Source: a virus (taxonomy: Duplodnaviria > Heunggongvirae > Uroviricota > Caudoviricetes). From it: a DNA stretch of 15,670 nt. The notes under the pieces were generated by a model. The model did no database searches, was not told where the DNA came from, and worked only from the letters and a program-made list of their open reading frames with translations. Positions 14,801 through 15,670 of the stretch are shown one piece after another. The stretch lies in IMG/VR virus record IMGVR_UViG_3300029621_000179; one strand, written 5' to 3'. Made by a program: the position numbers and the translations under genes. Within the stretch, counting starts at the first letter, position 1. Each line of letters starts with the position of its first letter.

Positions 14801-14881
14801 AGAACTACTTAACTTTTGCCCCCAAACGGTGGTCTTTATGAGAGGGTCACCTCTCAAGTACATCGACAGGAGGAAAAACCT

Positions 14882-15430
14882 ATGAATGCAGAACGCATGA
14901 ATAAGGCGAATGCAACCGCCAAGATAGAAGGTTCTAAGGAGGCTCGTCCGCCCGGCGGTTTCCCGCTGGCATCAGCACCGAAGAAGATTTTTATCTGCTC
15001 GCCGTACCAACCGACGGCAAACGATCCGCCGTGCAGGAAGGCGCAGATGGAAGCAAACATCCAGCGGGCTAAGACAGCCTGCAGGATTCTTGCCACGATG
15101 GGAGTCCTGCCACTGGCTCCGCATCTGTATTTTACTCAGTTCTTAAAGGATGAGGATGCACAGGAGCGTGCAACAGGAATCCGATTTGGAATGGAGTGGC
15201 TGGAAGTAGCGGATGAAGTGTGGGTGTTCGGCGAAACCATATCCGAGGGGATGGCGGCGGAGATCAAGAGAGCACATGAGCTGAAGAAGCCCGTTTGCAA
15301 CCTCCCGGAGCCGGGACGCATGGTCGAGCTGCTTTTGAAGAGGCTTTCCGAACAGTATCACATACCAATGGAAGATAAAACCGAAGAGCAGCAGGAAGCT
15401 GCAGAAAGTGAGGAAGACAATGGAGAATAA
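14882..15430 (+). CDS. DUF4406-like / nucleoside 2-deoxyribosyltransferase-fold protein
   Basis: KIFICSPY, PLAPHLYFTQFL, ADEVWVFG..ISEGMAAEI; ATG 14882 after AGGAGG. Confidence 0.75.
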   Translation: MNAERMNKANATAKIEGSKEARPPGGFPLASAPKKIFICSPYQPTANDPPCRKAQMEANIQRAKTACRILATMGVLPLAPHLYFTQFLKDEDAQERATGIRFGMEWLEVADEVWVFGETISEGMAAEIKRAHELKKPVCNLPEPGRMVELLLKRLSEQYHIPMEDKTEEQQEAAESEEDNGE

Positions 15431-15670
15431 GAACGAGAAGAGCATGACTCTGGAGGAAATGATCAGTGAGATGCTGAAGAACGCCAAGGTGGTAAAAGTT
15501 CCGCTTCCTGCCAGGGCAGAGGAAGAAAAGGAAACTCAGAAGCAGGACAAGCCGATGCCGGCACGCTCGTCTGGTGTTCCGTTCCTTTCGCTCAACATCA
15601 AGAACCTGCATGTCCACATGGATGAGCGCATGACCTCTTACAACTACGGCTTCGGTCAGGAGCCGGATGC
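15420..15670 (+). CDS. Hypothetical protein, 3' truncated (not in ORF track)
   Basis: ATG 15420 after GAAAGTGAGG, overlapping the previous gene's end; open to window end: MENKNEKSMTLEEMISEMLKNAKVVKVPLP... Confidence 0.75.
   Translation, partial: MENKNEKSMTLEEMISEMLKNAKVVKVPLPARAEEEKETQKQDKPMPARSSGVPFLSLNIKNLHVHMDERMTSYNYGFGQEPD

Larger units (their letters stand above)
5853..15670. mobile_element. Probable regulation/cargo region of an integrative (ICE- or prophage-like) element; boundaries not visible
   Basis: Co-occurrence of Y-polymerase/YolD cassette, ImmA-like protease, several XRE regulators, sigma70-r4 and DUF4406-like genes. No integrase, relaxase or att site in the window. Confidence 0.5.

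Overview
Gut Clostridia-type (Bacillota) DNA in two parts; the taxon is inferred from gene content and RBS/promoter style. Left (1-5825, + strand): end of glmM, glmS, a sugar-phosphate nucleotidyltransferase and a VanZ-family membrane protein, which look like the tail of a cell-envelope/polysaccharide locus. Four separately punctuated small genes follow: a Lys/Ala-rich coiled-coil protein, a VOC/glyoxalase, a tandem-HTH protein and a hypothetical. Right (5853-15670): a DNA-damage-responsive module typical of an integrative element. A six-gene minus-strand mutagenesis operon (self-cleaving XRE-S24 repressor, 90-aa hypothetical, Y-family polymerase, YolD-like, Zn-ribbon, small His/Cys membrane protein) is divergent from a large ImmA/IrrE-type metallopeptidase with a C-terminal HTH. 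After it come two XRE regulators, a sigma70-region-4-only protein, a DUF4406-like protein and a truncated ORF. The intergenic DNA is very readable: divergent sigmaA promoters, a palindrome exactly filling one -35/-10 spacer, a LexA-box-like site at the other promoter, phased operator repeats, and two long rod-like terminator hairpins. No integrase, att site, rRNA, tRNA or CRISPR array is visible. All family calls are by motif recognition, not database search.
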